Positions 1 to 14,319 of a stretch of 64,000 nt of DNA are shown piece after piece (the first letter of the stretch is position 1; each line of letters opens with the position of its first letter). The stretch is taken from NCBI GenBank assembly GCA_028023455.1, contig JAQFVV010000007.1, positions 6,572,001-6,636,000 on the forward strand. The letters are read 5' to 3'. The position numbers and the translations under genes were made by a program. The DNA is from Epiperipatus broadwayi. Lineage: Eukaryota > Animalia > Onychophora. The notes under the pieces are model-generated. The model saw only the letters and a list, made by a program, of their open reading frames with translations. It ran no database searches and was not told where the DNA came from.

Positions 1-284
1 ACAGTATAAAAAGAAACAAACTAAAGCTTAGCTTTCTTTGCATGCAAATTCAGAAAGAATAAGCAAAAGTAAAAATGATTCTAAAATTGTAATAAATATT
101 TTAATAATATTGATGATAATGAATGATTTATGATTTAGAAGCTCGCAACATTTTTTTTTTTTTGCTTTTACCAACTCTATGCCACTTTTTGTTAGTAAGT
201 AAAAGATGCCAGATAATAGTTCTAATAAATCTCTATCCTCTGCTGTCTTATCCAATATCAGATTACTTTCAGATGTATAGATTT

Positions 285-412
285 TATCAGTGAGGAGCTT
301 TGGATTTTAGAACAGTGCACATGGAACTTTAAAATCGAATGCATTGTCACAACCTCAAAGTTCTCCACCAATGAAAGCCATGAGGTTGAAACTAATCTGG
401 GGATATGAGATA
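285..412. mobile_element. Old fragments of repeat family A (HHR-bearing arm), both orientations
   Basis: atcagtgaggagctttggatttt matches the minus arm. atgaaagccatgaggttgaaactaatctggggatat matches the sense HHR region of the copies at 21.6, 35.1 and 56.7 kb. Confidence 0.6.
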
Positions 413-999
413 GAACAGCAAAAGAAAGGAATCATGGTTGCCATTAAAACAGCAACATGTAAGCTAAAGTCATGTGATACTTTATTGATTTAGGCTCACA
501 AGAAGTTTAAGCAATAGAAATAACGGAAGGGTCATGAGGTCACTGGCATTGAGCTTCAAAATCTGCCAATCTTCCCCTGCATCAAATCATATAATAGCAT
601 TTATTATACATTTCTTTTTTACTATGCAGTAATTTTTTATTGCAATGTAAAAAGTGAATAAAGAAGTGATTTAAATATTATTCTATGGTCATAGACAATC
701 AACACATAAAGGATAAAAAAGTAAAGAAAAACTATAATGCAAGCAATACATAGGAGCATATTAATGATGTTGCCTTTAAAGAAAAATAACAGAAATAACT
801 TGAAAAGATGTTGAAAAGCAGAAAAACAGCTTTAAAAGGAAATATGGTCTATTAATTAATTACTGATTAATTGTAATTATTATAGTCCACTTTTCTAAAG
901 TACAATTCATATAAATTGTTACGTTTTTATTTACTATTGTAAAACTCACTCCATTTACCACTTTGATATCATTCACCTCAGATATATAGTAATGATCAT

Positions 1000-2200
1000 T
1001 ACTATGACTAGAAGCCACCATACTGAGCAAAATTCTTGGAAGTACCTTAGCTGTAATTGATAGAAATGCCTGCTGCAATTTCATCCATCTTTTTCATTTT
1101 TAAAAATAGGAACAATAAAAACATTGCTAAAATCAGGCAGCACAATTTCACAGGTCCATATATTTCTAAAAATCCAAGATTTGGAGCTAACATATTAACC
1201 ACATATTTAAAATTTTCTCCAGATATTTCATCAGCAGCTTTCCATTTTTAAGTGTACAAGAAACTTTTATTTTCAATAAGCTGGATGTTTTTGTCCAATA
1301 TATGTCATGTTAAGCAGACATGGTATGTATTATGAATACACTTCTAAAAGTCCAAATTAGAAATTTTAGTGTTTAATAACCATATGAGTGGAAGAATTAA
1401 TGTAAATTTTTTGAGATTATGATTGAAGTAACATCCATTTTTTAATGGAATTATCATTTCAGTTTTGAAGTGTATTTATTCAGTGTTCTATTCAACATCC
1501 AGAATATAATTATAAGTTCATGAGTAATATGAATTCTTTTAGATCTGGATATACAATTATAATATACTCTATTAAATTTCATTGTTTCAAGCACAAATAC
1601 TTTCATATTTCTTTATAGTAAGTTTTCTGCATAAACAAAATGTTCATAAAAATCAATGTATGTCTTATCCAAAAATTCCATAACAGCAGACTATTTGAGT
1701 CTATAGCATCAATAATTTTACTTTTTAATAACTTTTGGCCAAAATCCCCTACTTATAACATCCCACACATTACAGTCTTCAAGAAGAAGAAAATTGATCT
1801 TTTAATAGTATTTTGTAAAGTGATATCCAATAGAGAATGAAACTTTATTTCTTTGAATAGCTTGAATCTAACTTTGGAGCATGTGCATTGATAAATAATC
1901 ATGATGAAAGCCAAAGTTTAACACCATTAGCCTTTTATTGATGCAGCATGGAATTTCAAGAATATAAGATACTAAATTAGATTTCATAGCAAATCCAACA
2001 GCATGCATTCTTCTTTCACTGGTTGATCTGCTCTTCTGAAAAATCTTGTATCCATCCACCTGTTCTATTAAACTTTCTGGAAGATGAGTTTTACTAAGAG
2101 CTAGTATATCCATCTTAACTCTTGTTAGCTTCTTAACAATCATTGTTGTTTTCCATTCAGGTCTTGAAAGAGTTTGCATTAAGTTGAGTTTACATATAGC
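1000..2200 (-). mobile_element. Decayed RTE-clade LINE (APE endonuclease plus start of RT)
   Basis: ORF 1868-2179 (TLSRPEWKTTMIVKKLTRVKMDILALSKTHL...HAVGFAMKSNLV...INKRLMVL) resembles the RTE APE N-terminus. 1000-1250 reads KAADEISGENFK...PDFSNVFIVPIFKN...LSITAKVLPRILL, an RT start. Frameshifts and stops present. Confidence 0.8.
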
Positions 2201-2629
2201 AGCTACATTATTAGAAAGTAGTGATGATTAACATAAAAACCGCTATTCTCATGAGCAGTCATGAATAACATGCCCTATATTAGCTGCCTCTGGGTTACAG
2301 TAAGTATATATGCACAAGTGATGTTATTAGAAAAAAATGCATAGGCAAATCTATCTAAGCTTACATCTCATCATTCTAAATTCTATACTTTTTATTTATT
2401 TATATAATTTCTGCTTATGTTTAAACTGAAATCACAAAACAGATCAGGTGAGAAAGTGCACATCAGCTATTACTTATTAATAATAAAAATAATAGTAAAA
2501 CAATTTTGAGTTGCTATAAATGTAAAGATGCTTATATATCTGAAATTGTAATGAATTTTAATGAGTTTGTAAATAATTCTACTTTTAATAGGAAGAAAGA
2601 ATGCATGCGGATTTACTGCTCAGGTGTTC

Positions 2630-2720
2630 GTAAGAAATTTGAGTGCCAGATCTTCGAGCAACAGAATCAGTCCTGAAACTTCCCGATCCCAAATTGGACA
2701 CTGTACCAACTATATCAAAA
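2630..2720 (-). mobile_element. Degenerate tRNA-like SINE head
   Basis: Minus strand atagttggtacagtgtccaatttgggatcgggaagtttcaggactgattc has spaced A-box-like and B-box-like segments. Similar weak heads at about 20850-20930 and 53800-53870. Confidence 0.3.
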
Positions 2721-3469
2721 TTCATGGGACACTTTACATAGTTAATATTAGTTTAGGTATATAGCACCTATTACATATATACACATTGTGCTTTAGTTGG
2801 TATCAAGGGGATTAATATCTGTATACATAATTATTAAAATTGCTTTCAAATAAATTATATACAAGTGGTGGAGAATTATTTAGGATATAAATTGTGCTAT
2901 TAGAGTTAAAATGGTTTTATAGGTTAGTATTTAATTGAGTGATTGATTTATTATTTATTAATTCTTAAATGAGTAAACTGTATGATTAGTAATAACATTA
3001 AAAGTCTAAAACAAAAGTAGTCAATAAAATAATCAAAAATTAAATAAAACACAACTAAAACAGACTTGCTAAAGAAATAAACTCTAAAATACAACCAATA
3101 GTTTCATTGTTGCAAGCAGATTTCTCAAGTGTAAAGGACTAACACATAACAAATTTATACTACATATTATCCACAATCCTACACATCCTTAATATTAAAA
3201 AAAAAAAACCGTTTAAACAAGTTAATTGCTTCAGAATGAAATTTTTAATAATAAATATTCTTTAATTCTTTTAATTTCATTTCTTTCAAAGAAAACAATC
3301 TTAGCCTCATCAAAACTAATAGTGTGGTCTGTATCTCTTTCATAGATATATAAAGCAGAACTAAGCTATTTATTTCTAACCTTACTTTTATTCTTTCATT
3401 TAAACTCAAAACTAGTCTGACCTATATATATCTTCTTACATCATTCTAACAAAAATTTCCTTTGTATTT

Positions 3470-3800
3470 TTTAATGTATGAATTTTTTTCTACAGTACAA
3501 GCTTTTTCATACCTGTACTTCAATATGTAATATATATGGGGGGTTTGAACTCAGACTTTCACATGACCCTCAACTATCCACACTATCTCATACTGCTGAC
3601 ACACTTGATCATACACATGTCCAAAAGATAAATAATCACCAATATAAGTCTTTCATGCTAAACCAACACATCAGTTGGTCCAGGTTATTATCTCCACACA
3701 TATATACACTCAATGTTCAGCTTATATTAAGATAGCCAATCTTCATACTTTAATGGACAGGCTTCATTCCACTCCACCCTACAACTCGTCAGCCATCCAT
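3470..3800 (-). mobile_element. Repeat family B copy (HHR-containing SINE/retrozyme-like)
   Basis: Aligns by eye with copies at 5.1, 19.3, 19.8, 35.8 and 60.8 kb. Minus strand ggaccaactgatgtgttggtttagcatgaaagacttatattggtg is a decayed HHR. Confidence 0.8.
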
Positions 3801-5074
3801 TGTATTATTTAATAAATTATTCAAAGTAATACTCATTTTCCAAGTAATTTTCTTATTTCCAAATAAATTACTATTTTTATTCACAATTCTAGTTTAGTTG
3901 TGAATTTAGAGTAATTTGGGTATTAAAGAACAGATCACATTGTAATTTTAATGACCAGTGGTTACAGTACTGTAGGTAAGGTTATTATGCTAAATGTGAC
4001 TAAATATATAATTGAAAGTGCAAGGGGTTAACCTGCAATTAATTTTATTTATTTTGTTGTAGGGATGTAATTTAAGTTTTGAGAGATTGGGCTAAAGCAG
4101 AAATGGCATTTAAAAAACCAAAAAAAAAAAAGGAATAGAATAAAAATAGTTGCTCTAAGGCTGAGGAAGAGTCCTCTCTTTATGCTGTCAATGAGAATGA
4201 TGAATAAAGCTGATTGGTTCTTATTGATGTAATGAATTTTATGGCTTATCAAATGCCTAATGCTGAGATTTATATCTGAAGTTATCAATTTTTTAATTTA
4301 TATTTTATATTTCTACTGATGTAATTATTATGGGAAATGAAAAAATAATTAAACTGTGTTTGTAAACACATTATTTATACTTGAGAATAGGATTGTATCA
4401 AGAAATAGCCTTAATAATTCACACTAAATATATTAGACTTTTTTCTAGATAACAGAAACATCAAACTAATAATATTTTCAGTTTTCCCTAAGATTCTCTT
4501 ATTTTGTACGTACACTGTGGGTATATATATATGTAGTATCAGACAAAATAATAGATAATAAAACAAAACACTGGAATTAACTTTGTAACTTTCAATATAT
4601 CAACATATAAATAAATAAATAAATAGCAGCTATACAGCATGATTGCCACCTTGAGTAGCATTTAGGGGTAATTTAAAAATCAAAATCTCAATATCAGACA
4701 ACATTAATGTTCTAACATGAGAGGTCAAACTTCCTTAATTTATATATACATATATAAATATTAAATTTTCCCTTGTATTTGTAATTCAAATTTGTAAACG
4801 TATGTTCGTCTGCGTAATATATATTTACATCATTACATTGCGTAATAAATTATATATATATTTATAAAATATTTTCTTTATTTTTTTTATAAATATGATG
4901 GATAATTTATATATTAAAGAAATATAATGTATAAATGTACACAAATTATGGAAGGTCACCGACTGACTATTCACACTGGAATGTTAATGTGATATTGATG
5001 AGATTTTGATTTTTAAATTTTAACTATGAATGTTATTTAAAATGGACAGTTGTTTTTTATTTATATATATTAGA

Positions 5075-5350
5075 GGGAATTTGAATACAGACAAACTCTC
5101 AACTATCCACTTCATTCTATATATCCAATACACATTGTCACATACATGTGAAAAAGATAAATGATTTCCAATATAAGTATTTCATGATGAAACAGTACTC
5201 ATCATTTGGTCCAGATCATCATATTCCACACACACATATATATAATCAGAGCTCAGTTTGTATTAAAATAGCAAATACTGTATTCAAACTTTAATGGACA
5301 TGCTTCAATCTTCTCTCACCTACAACTTTTCAGCCATCCATATTATTGAA
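5075..5350 (-). mobile_element. Repeat family B copy
   Basis: Minus strand ggaccaaatgatgagtactgtttcatcatgaaatacttatattgg, plus the shared 5' block tggatggctgaaaagttgtagg. Confidence 0.75.
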
Positions 5351-5379
5351 AATCTTAATATAAATTGAGTACTGATTAT

Positions 5380-5560
5380 ATATACATATGGGAAATGATT
5401 TTAGACCAACTGATGAGTGCTAGTGCAGCATGAAATAGCAATATTGGGGATCATTTCCTTTTCACATGTATGCAGTCATGTGTATCAGTTATATAGGATA
5501 GAATAATTGACTGAAGGGAGTTTGAAAGTCCGTGTTCAAATCACCTCTGATTACATCTAA
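5380..5560 (+). mobile_element. Repeat family B copy, head-to-head with 5075-5350
   Basis: gaccaa CTGATGA gtgct agtgc agcat GAAA tagcaata ttgg (core 5410-5416), followed by a B-box-like gtgttcaaatc. Confidence 0.7.
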
Positions 5561-5759
5561 AGTTCATTATATACATTATATTTCTAATTAAATATTTATA
5601 TATTAGAATATTAAAAGTTGAAGATGAATGCTAATGTTTATAGTTATCATATGGCTCTATCACATGACTTCAACTTACTCAATATATATAGTTCACAGCA
5701 AACTTGTAGATAATATCATTAAAGTTTATCTTATTGTTTCAAATTTGAAATATTAAATT

Positions 5760-7640
5760 GAATTATGCCAAAGGCATAACAAAAATGCAAGCCATCACCG
5801 ATTATCGTATTGGTTGCACTACTTTCCAAAAATGATTGTGAAGTAGCCATTGAGAAAATTTAACAAACATATATTTCATCATCATTCTGAATCCCCAAAC
5901 GATGTTGATTTTGATAAGCTTTCTTTCTGTCAAAAAGCTGCCTGCTTTTCCAATTTCATCCATTTGGTACAAAATATTTTCTTGGATCAATTTTCATTTT
6001 TTAAAATATAAATCAATATTTGTGACAGTTTTTATTTTATTAATTCTTTTTGAGTGATTACTGCCATTTCAGTTTCTTTTGCTTAACCATTACAAGTCTC
6101 AAATATTATCTACATTCTTATTTTCTTTTTATATGATCTTCTGTAGTTGTTTTGATCTTTTAAATTATTAAAAAAAAATGTATGAGAGAAAAAAATGTAT
6201 TATTTTTTCCTAATTATATTATTAATATGCACACTTGTTGGGGATACTTTTCCAGTTCAAACAATTATATTTTGGGGAATTGTTGGCCATGTTTCAGGGT
6301 TGCTGATGAAGGAAACTATTTTTGAAATGCATGTATTCTGCAGTGCAATTTGTCAATATTTTTGATCTCATATGACAGTCATAGAACAAATGTATTGCAC
6401 ACGATGATTGGATCTTTAGATTTATTTGCATTTGATTCAATATCACATGATTGATTGCTGATTATATATTCTTGTCTAGCAGCATAACAGTGGGGAAAGA
6501 AAAAGAACATATAATTCAAGGTGTGTTACTTCATATCAGTATCCAGACTGGTCTCATAAACTCTTAGTCATGTTTCAGAATCTAATTGTCCATCATTAAA
6601 CAAAAATTTTCCAGTTGGTTTATGTTATTATGAAAACATCTTATTACAGACTTATATACAATTAAATATTTTGTCCTTAATTTATTAAATTCACATTTTA
6701 AAGATAATATCCAACCAAGCAAAAAATTGCTAAAGATTTTTTCCCCATCATTGGATAATAAAGCAATTGAATTTTTGAACATCAAACCAAAGAATTTATA
6801 GATTGCATTCAAGGTGGACCATTCTTTGAATTGACAAGACAGTAGTATATCATTAGAATATTGTAAATATAAAAGAAACTCAACCACCAACCCTATATCA
6901 CATCTTAATGCCTGTTCATAAGGATATCCATAAATATTACCAAAATCATTAGTATAAAAATAAAAAATGTAGAACTAACCTTTATTCCTATTTAATACCA
7001 GTTTATATTTCAGTCACCTTAGACTTTCCACCAGCAGTAATATCATTTCCTTTCATTACATCATATAGAATTTGGATAATATGAAGCAATTAAGCACAAA
7101 TGCCACAAATGTAATAATATGTTGGACTATTTCAATCAACTATCATTAAATGTTGAATGTCTAGAAAATTTTAAACTTTATTTAAACTTTTCCAAATACA
7201 AATAACTGTTAATAATAACATACAAATAGACAACACAAGTTAATAGATTACACAGTAATATTCTCCACTGTCAGTTAAGTGGAAAATATTACCTCTGGAA
7301 ATGTTGTGTAATTGACTAACCTGAGGTGTTTACTAACCTGTGCTATCTACTAGTTTGATGTTATTACTAACAGTTGTTTGTATTTGGAAAAGTTTACATA
7401 AAGTTTAAATTTTTTCTAGATATTCAATATTTAATATCAGATGATGGAAATAGTCCAACATATTATCACACCTAAAATACCATCATCACAAATTTTCAGG
7501 CAAATGGCCATAAATCATTTCACTTAACTGAGATAAATTCTTTGACCAAATTGTTAAAAGCTACATAAAAATGGCATCTTTGCCTATAACATTTTTCTTG
7601 CATTTGTCAGATAGCAAAAATAATATCTTTGGAATTTATT
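5760..7640 (-). mobile_element. Decayed RTE-clade LINE RT and C-terminal region, interrupted by later insertions
   Basis: Minus-strand translations RQMQEKCYRQRCHFYVAFNNLVKEF (cf. QEKCREQ...LYMAFIDLTKAFD), IIQILYDVMKG...TGIK, and LQYSNDILL...LNAIYKFFGL (degenerate YADD; ORF 6582-6890). Confidence 0.7.
7105..7475. mobile_element. Foldback element, family C (about 140-bp inverted arms)
   Basis: 7110-7240 is the reverse complement of 7350-7470. Further copies at 18320-18520 and 20690-21030. Confidence 0.75.
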
Positions 7641-10600
7641 ATTTTTCTAAAATCACAAACTAAAATGTCTTTGTTTAAAAGAAATAAAATTATTACTAGT
7701 TACACCAAGTTAAAAAAAAGATAAAATTTTAAAATAAAAATTTATTCAATAGACAGTGAAGGTCCACTATGCTGGAAAGATTATAAAATAACTTCATTAC
7801 AGATTTTCAGCTCAGCACTGTTTTCGATCCAGCCGGTTATATTCATAGCACTAAAATACGTATATAGAAGAGAGAACTTATAGGTTAATTAGTATGTAAG
7901 TTTATGAATTTAAACATACCACTTACGAGATAATGCAACGCACGAGTCTTTTTTTATTTATCGCGTGGGTATTATTTGCACTAACCACGCAACTTTGATA
8001 TAAGTTTATTTATTATTTATAATGAAGGAAATCATCAAACTCATTTAGAAGCCAAATACGTTATAATAAGGCGTATAATGACAGCTGACTGTATCGCCTA
8101 CTCATTTGTATGATTTTTCAAACCTTGATAAGTTGTATATGCACTATTTACTGATCGAATTAATATTAATTTAACTTTTATGTTATGCAAATAAAAAACT
8201 ATTAACTACTAGGTTGAATGATTAAATAAATATCTACAAGACTAAATCATCATTAAAAACTTTTTAGCAGAAATAATTTTATAGCAAATAAAACATTTAA
8301 ACCAAATCCGTACATTTTTTTTATTTAACAAATTGACATACAGTATACAGAACATGATGTGACTTCTTAGGTCAAAGTTGATAAAATCTGACAAAGAATA
8401 AAAAGAAAAAGATTTTGTCGATGTTTACTTAATATTACATTTACGGGTCTTTGAGATAATACGAAGTAGAAAATTTGATTGTGTGGCCATTTTATAAATG
8501 TTTTAGAATCACCATCTTTAATGTATAAAAACTTAAATTTATCTTTTAATTTGAGTTCATCTAATTCTTAAAATTCATGAAAAATTAATAGTTAAGAGAT
8601 CAGCGATTCTCATTTTAACAAACCTCTCTAGCAATTAATTTGTTAAATATGAAATTATTCAAAACCATCTTATCAGTTGAAGAACCGAGGAATAAATAAT
8701 AATAAACTTTAATTTTTACATCCAACTGTTAAAACTAATTTGCATAACTAATGACTGAGATGGAAAAAAGTTTTAATACAACTGGAATTGATAGCAAAAA
8801 CATTTAAATTAAATTGCTTATGCAAACCAAATAAAACAAAAATAAAATGCTAATACTCGTAGACAATAAATATCAATAAGTACAGAACAACAACTATATG
8901 CTGTTATATGTAATATTAAAATTTTATTGATGTTTTTATATATTACATTTTCATGGCTGAATGAAGTAAATAGGGGAAACAAGCCCCCCCCCCCAATCAT
9001 CATTTAATCTTTTCCCAGTCACTAAAAACTAACTATAGGCTAAGCACCTATGACATAACATTCAGTCATCTGATCAACTCAGATTACTACAAACTTGCAG
9101 CTAATGATAATTACATATCCATTTTCTGATCCTTGTTGCAATGGATTTTAAATTGATTAGTGTCAAACTACCATAAATTTTCAAAGTTCATCTGTTCCAG
9201 ACTTGAAATTTTTGATTATTAGCATGGCAGCCAGATGCCCAAGCAACAATGACTTCTATTATATTGTGTGGAATTGTTATGATTTGGTATAGTATGGTAT
9301 TTTTGGCTTTACTACATACATTAGTAGCTCTTTATCAGTATTCCTCAAAGTAATAGTGTTACATAGAGGCACTCCAACCACAGACTATTTGAACATTTTG
9401 GATAAATCAAACTTGTTTCATAGTACTAACATTGTTTCAGCATATTCCTATTAATCTTCAAATTGTATAGATTACGTGATCAAATATTGGTTTAGATAAT
9501 GATGCCTCTTTTATGAACTCCAATCAAGTTTTTTTAAATATTACTGATTATTTGCATAACATTCATGAACAGTATATTAAAAGCCAATGTTATCAACTGA
9601 TCTCTCTTGCCCATAAGGTTCATTTTTATAATAATAATTTATGCTCTTGATATCATTCAGTATTATTGTGATTCTATCATTTGAAGAATAATATATAAAA
9701 TGTGGAACTTCATAATGAATATAAAGATCTGAAGGCAGAAGTTTAACAACTGACAAGAAAACTTAAAAATAATTGGTGAATTAAAATTCCAAAGTCATTC
9801 ACTAATTGTGGACATGCTAGATCTTTTTTAATGCACTAAAAACAACAAATAGATCTGACAAATGGCATCACAAGTCTATTAGATCCAGAAATGACACTTT
9901 CTTATATAATAGTAATAATAATTTGAACAAGGAAAAGGAATATGTTGATCTACCTTTTGAATAATGATACAGGAAATGAAATGACGACTTTCAATGATAT
10001 ACTCATTTTATCTACTTATTTGGATTTGGGATTTGGGTAAAGATATTTAGTGAAGTCAAAAGTTTTTTGTAATCATTTCTTTCGATGTATTGAATGATTG
10101 CTAGGAGGAAATGAATTGATGTCCTGTTGTTATTTAATGATAGAATAATATTGGCATATATTAACAAATTTAATATTATTTGTATACTCTAATGTGCAAT
10201 GGATGTGTTTATTTATACTCAAACATGCATCACAATGGAATCATTTCATTATTTGTTCATAAGTAGAATATTTTGTATTCTTAGACATACATGTGTGTGC
10301 ATATATGTATATGAATATTTAATATTTGTTACAATTTGGATATCTGGAAATTATAGACAATGCCATCTATATAGCGTATTACTTTTCCATCTGTTATTCA
10401 AAATCAGAATGATTTATTTATATGTAGAATACTTAACAGTCCTTTAATTTCATTTTTATTGTTTTTATTTTTAATTAATAAAATTATCTATCATTGTTTT
10501 AAGTTATTCCAGTGAAGTTATTTAATATTAAAATAGATCTAAAGTATTACATATTTGTATTTTCTTTTATTCACAGCCTCAGTCTTTAGGGTCCTTGTAT

Positions 10601-11082
10601 CCCAAGTTAGTCATAAGAAATCATGGCTAGTTTATATAGATGTTGGGATATATGTTTGTATTTTGACATTCAAATAAAGTAAAAATCAGATTTAAAGTCC
10701 ACTCAATTTATGATAATTATTATTTTACTGATGACCAGTGTGCTTGAGTACTCATTGGCCATAAGCATTGATGATCATCAGCATGTATAAGGATCCGAGC
10801 ATTAGTTTTTATAATAGATATTTTAGCAGTTAAATATGTGCATCCAAATGATTGTTTTATATTTTGCCCTAAGTTTGACAGTGGCTAGTTACCTTCTTTA
10901 AATTCAGTCACAATTGATGACTGTTGATTATTCTTGTTAAATGATGGTGATGTAACTTATTATTCGTGTAATTATTTCTTTTGTCCAGTGCTGATTCTCT
11001 GCTCTTATTTACTGTATTTTATTTATTCTATGCAGATTATGACATTTTTTATATCTTCATGCCACTTTCTTTTCATACCATT

Positions 11083-11085
<3 letters not shown>

Positions 11086-11113
<28 letters not shown>
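11086..11113. repeat. (TA)n microsatellite flanked by ttaca and tgtaa
   Basis: Directly visible; forms the palindrome ttaca(AT)n tgtaa. Confidence 0.85.
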
Positions 11114-11116
<3 letters not shown>

Positions 11117-14100
11117 AACCTCTGTCCTCTCCCTCCCCACCTTATACATCATTAACAGATTTAATAAGTATTAAACAAAATTTTAAAAAAATCATTAGCA
11201 ATTTGTAAATTTGAAATCATAAACATAACAAATGCATGTTCCTGTTGTACATTACCCATGACAACTGATCTTTTAATTTGTGTACTTATTAAAAAATATG
11301 TACTTATATAAGGCCCACTATTTCCATGATTCCAGATAACTATTTAAAGTTTTAGAACTAATGACAATGAATAAATGAGATTGCATATATAAAAATATAT
11401 AGATATAAGGATTATACACATATAAAGATTATCTTTTAGAAATTTTAAAAAAGTTTAATAGTGATGGCTTTCATTGGAAAAAGATAGTTGAAGTTAGAAT
11501 AGAATGATCTGTAACTTAAAAAAAAAAAAAATCTTGCTTTATAAAAGACTAGATGATAACATTGCAAAATTTCATTTAAACACACTAAAAATAGCGTATA
11601 ATATGGCAGTTATAAATGATTTATTTAGTTACTTCAAAGTTATGATAACCATACTTAATTCCTATTGGCTGGCAGTGATGATGATGATTACCATAGTAGT
11701 TTTCTTTATCTTATGTATATACATATAGGTTGTGTGTGCATAAAAATAACGCAAATTTTCACTGATTTTTTAAATAGGCAAATATGTTTTTACAATTTTA
11801 ATGTTTTAGAGATTATCTGGCTCAAGGACCTGCGGGCACCACTAATGACGTCTAAGATTTGCAAGATGCTCTTTGACATGAAAAATATTCTAAGATTTTC
11901 TATATCTATTTTAATAATTTTTTAAGACATTTTTTAAATGAATAGAAAAAAATATCAAATATCTGAAATTCAAAAATTAAAAAAAATAAAATATTATGAA
12001 AATAATATCATATATCATGTTAGTTCATAAACCATATTATGATTAATTCTTAATTATGTAATTTCACAATAAATACAGTTTTTTGTTTTTTGAAAATGAA
12101 AGTTTTATTTCATTTTTTTTATGTGTGTGGATAAATAATAAGAAATATTTCATTATATTAAAATATATTTAATATGTTTATATTCTTAAGTTGTAAATAA
12201 CCTTATATTTAAATCATCAACTCACCAAAAAAAAAAAAAAAAGAAAAGCCGGTCATAAGAAGTTATATTCTATACTCCTTATTATTCTTATAGAGAAGAA
12301 TGTATATAAGCTATAAATTATGGCCCGCAAAGATGGCAGATTTTAAATACTCTAATTAAGCATAGGAGAAGGTATGAGGCTTGAAAAATCGTGATTTTTT
12401 TGACGTTTTTAGCAAAAAATCTTGTGTAGCAATTGTTTTGGTTAAAGTAAATTTGGATTATTGATTGTAAAGAGTCAGTATTTTGTATTTGGTCAGATCA
12501 AAATAAGAATATTAAAGACATAATTAATGTAATTATTAAACTGAAATATTTTAAAGATCAAAATGGTTTTAAAATATTTTTTCATTACTAGCTAAGCTAG
12601 TAACATATAAGAATGGAATAAGGGGTCCTCATAGATAGATTGAGATGATGACATACTTGTATCAGAAATTTTGGGAATTTATTCCAATTAAATTTGAGAT
12701 TGGAATTACATACTATTTTAACTGATTTTAATTACAAAATGAATAAAACCAAAGTTTTATGAATGAATTTAACTGGTTGAAATACTTGTGAATTTTACTG
12801 ATGTGAGGTTAAATTTTTGAACTCTACCTATAGAAATAATGGTGATGTGATGTATAGTATTTATTTGACTTAAGAGTCCCCTAGTGTAAGGTTGAGTAAT
12901 CAATGAATTCTAGATACTAATGCTATTATATCCACACTTCTAGACTATTTTGTCAGTTGAAATCTTGGGATCCAGTGCATCTATATTTTTCAGAAATCAT
13001 AATTACTAACCAATCATTGGATTGTTAGTTTTAATCTATAAAGCTAGATTATCCAATCTTAAGTAATTCAAAAGCTAAATTAAAAGAAAAATGTGTTTGA
13101 GAGCAGTACTAATAGCACAGGAGTCATGCACATCTTCATCATTAATGCTTAGAGCACATGCATTGGATCAAAGCAATGCAAGGTGGCTTCTTTGACATAC
13201 TTGAAAAATACATTGGTATACAATGATGTAAAAACACCAAATAATAACATCATCATTAAGATTATCAATTAGTGATAAAATTAAAATATGTAACAAACAT
13301 TCGATTCAAATTATTTTTTCATTGAAAAAAGTCAAAATCTTTAGATAGGCTTTACAAACTGTCACTATGGGCCATCTTTGCTCTATAGGCTGTGCTTTAA
13401 GTAGCTCTTATGTAAAGGATTAAGAGATGTCAATTACATTTATAAAGTGCATTAATTCCAGCTTTCAATCCTAATCTTCACTGAGGAAGGAAAATGCCAG
13501 AAACTGGTTGGTCTGGAGATGAGAATTTTATTGTACCATAATATACAAAATCCATTGACTACTCAAATTTACATGATGCAGCTGATTTTGGAATAGAATG
13601 AAAACAACTGCTCTTAGAATTATATGAGTAAACATAGGAAAGCTCATGTGATATTAATGCTATATGAATTTGTTCTTAGTATCAAGCTAACAGTTTGAAA
13701 CAGATTGCTCTGTAATAAAGCATATGTTAAAGTGAAAGTCATGTGATATATTATTGATATAAAATCAAGGAAAATGTCTGGACTGTGTCTGTTAATTCAA
13801 AAACTTAAAAGGATGAGCAAAAAACTTTACAAAATACCTCGTGTATTTTGGATATCATTGTTAATGTCTTTATTACAGTTTAAGACTGAGATCTACATTA
13901 AGGTGATAAAATAAATTTTTTAAGCAGAAGACAAATTATCACTGATGATGATGAAGTGATGATAAATAGTCATTGATTAGTCATACTACCTCTTAGTTTT
14001 TCTATCTTTCTTTGCACAAAAGATTAAGCACATCAAACAAGTCTGAACACATTATTAAGATATATTCAAAAATGGAAATAAAGGAAGGTCATTATGCTGT

Positions 14101-14319
14101 TTCTTTTTCATATGAATTGTAAAATAAATCAACAAAAATATCGTATATAATAGTACTTTGTGTAATAATAGGTTAATGTTTAAAATAGATATTCAACATT
14201 TGGTAAGGGCATAAAATCATGTGCCCAAAAATTTTTTTTTATGAATAATTATTACTATATATATATATTATACCTGTTATATATGATATTTTTGTTATTA
14301 TTTTTTATTATTTATATAT

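Noticed and set aside
1205-1240. Minus-strand ctgatga...gaaa
   Set aside because: Inside RTE coding sequence, with no stem II.
6582-6890. 102-aa ORF with an upstream AG that looked like a host exon
   Set aside because: LQYSND and the flanking frames match a degenerate RTE reverse transcriptase.
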